Shown: in pieces, positions 63,303 to 64,000 of the stretch
How the letters are laid out: each line of letters opens with the position of its first letter
Numbering within the stretch: the stretch's first letter is position 1
NCBI GenBank assembly: GCA_964649575.1
Contig: CAZYRI010000001.1
Coordinates: 5,235-69,234, forward strand
Direction of reading: 5' to 3'
DNA length: 64,000 bases
From: an uncultured Clostridium sp.
Lineage (GTDB): Bacteria > Bacillota_I > Bacilli_A > RF39 > UBA660
The notes under the pieces: generated by a model
The model's database searches: none
Told to the model about the DNA's origin: nothing
What the model saw: the letters and a program-made list of their open reading frames with translations, nothing else
Program-made: the position numbers and the translations under genes

Positions 63303-64000
63303 CTAACAATTAAATAGATTCTTCAAACAAATGACGAATATTATTATTAAAATAATAATTGGTAATAGCCATTTATATATTAGCATTGAATCTCGGAACC
63401 AATTAAAGTGTGAGCCTTTATTATTATCTTCATATATTGTATCTATATCTACACACTTAATATTGATTTTATTTTTTGCTAAGTTATAAAGAAAATTCAT
63501 TTCATATTCATATCTATTACCTTTTGTATTTAAACATAAATTTTTGTATTTTATATTTATACCTCTTAATCCTGTTTGAGTATCTTTTAATGTAATACCT
63601 GTTTTAATTTTAAAAACAATTGAAGAAAATTTATTACCAAACTTACTACTAAATGGTACAGTTTTTTTATTAAAATTTCTTGTTCCTAAAACTATATCAT
63701 TATCTTTTAATAACTCTTTTATTTTTAATACATCTTTTGGTTTATGTTGAAGATCAGCATCTACCGTTATAAAAGCATCAACATTTGTTAATTCTTTTAT
63801 TCCTGTTTTAATGGCTTGTCCTTTTCCTTTGTTAATACCATGATATATTATTTTTACTTTATTTAGTTCTTTGTATACTTTTTTTGTTTCTTCTGTACTA
63901 CCATCATCAACTATTAAAATATTATCAAAATCTTTTTTTAATTCATTTACAAGTTTTATTATTTTTTCAGTTGGATTATATGATGGAATAATAATTGCTA
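63303..64000 (-). CDS. family 2 glycosyltransferase, 3' part (N-terminus beyond window end)
   Basis: minus-strand frame open from 63998: ...IIIPSYNPTEK...IVDDGSTEETKK...DADLQHKP...; track ORF 63303..63500 is just its C-terminal TM tail. Confidence 0.75.
   Translation of the reverse strand, partial: AIIIPSYNPTEKIIKLVNELKKDFDNILIVDDGSTEETKKVYKELNKVKIIYHGINKGKGQAIKTGIKELTNVDAFITVDADLQHKPKDVLKIKELLKDNDIVLGTRNFNKKTVPFSSKFGNKFSSIVFKIKTGITLKDTQTGLRGINIKYKNLCLNTKGNRYEYEMNFLYNLAKNKINIKCVDIDTIYEDNNKGSHFNWFRDSMLIYKWLLPIIILIIIFVICLKNLFNC

Noticed and set aside
63303-63500. 65-aa stand-alone ORF
   Set aside because: It is the C-terminal TM tail of a larger GT2 glycosyltransferase gene whose frame stays open to the window end.

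Overview
The window is AT-rich (roughly 25-30% GC by eye) low-GC Firmicutes chromosome. The gene content looks like a spore-forming Clostridia-type organism: a spoVAC-spoVAD-spoVAEb operon, YjcZ-like mini-proteins, PrkC/Stp, SipW-type signal peptides and several T-box leaders. Nearly all genes are on the minus strand, so the window probably sits on one replichore. It is dominated by core translation and cell-envelope genes. The main ones are valS, rimP-nusA-ylxR-infB-rbfA, serS, leuS, alaS, asnS-gatCAB, prsA, recX, scpAB, murT-gatD, psd-pssA and rlmN-stp-prkC-rsgA-rpe.

Four aminoacyl-tRNA synthetase operons (val, leu, ala, asn) carry T-box leaders behind near-consensus sigma-A promoters.

The most interesting unannotated element is a small bacteriocin locus at 43.6-46.0 kb. 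It holds two translationally coupled peptide genes with double-glycine leaders, each under 60 aa and missed by the ORF track. Immediately upstream is a C39-peptidase ABC transporter. Downstream is a MarR-regulated BmrCD-like exporter.

Other accessory or odd features are listed below.
- A plus-strand two-gene island at 9.0-12.2 kb. It pairs a Clp/Hsp100 D1-only AAA+ ATPase carrying a novel 320-aa N-domain with a Y-family DNA polymerase.
- An orphan HerA-like ATPase beside a GH31 glycosidase.
- A TasA/camelysin-like secreted protein. Its promoter carries a perfect Cheo (LexA-type) box, a G7 homopolymer and a 13-bp tandem repeat.
- A minimal 581-aa AlaRS lacking the C-Ala domain.
- A tRNA-Glu with anticodon CUC.
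- A degenerate, duplicated ThyX-like protein next to a tRNA-Leu.
- Two tiny Cys/Gly-rich YjcZ-like membrane peptides.

No CRISPR array, transposase or integrase was seen.
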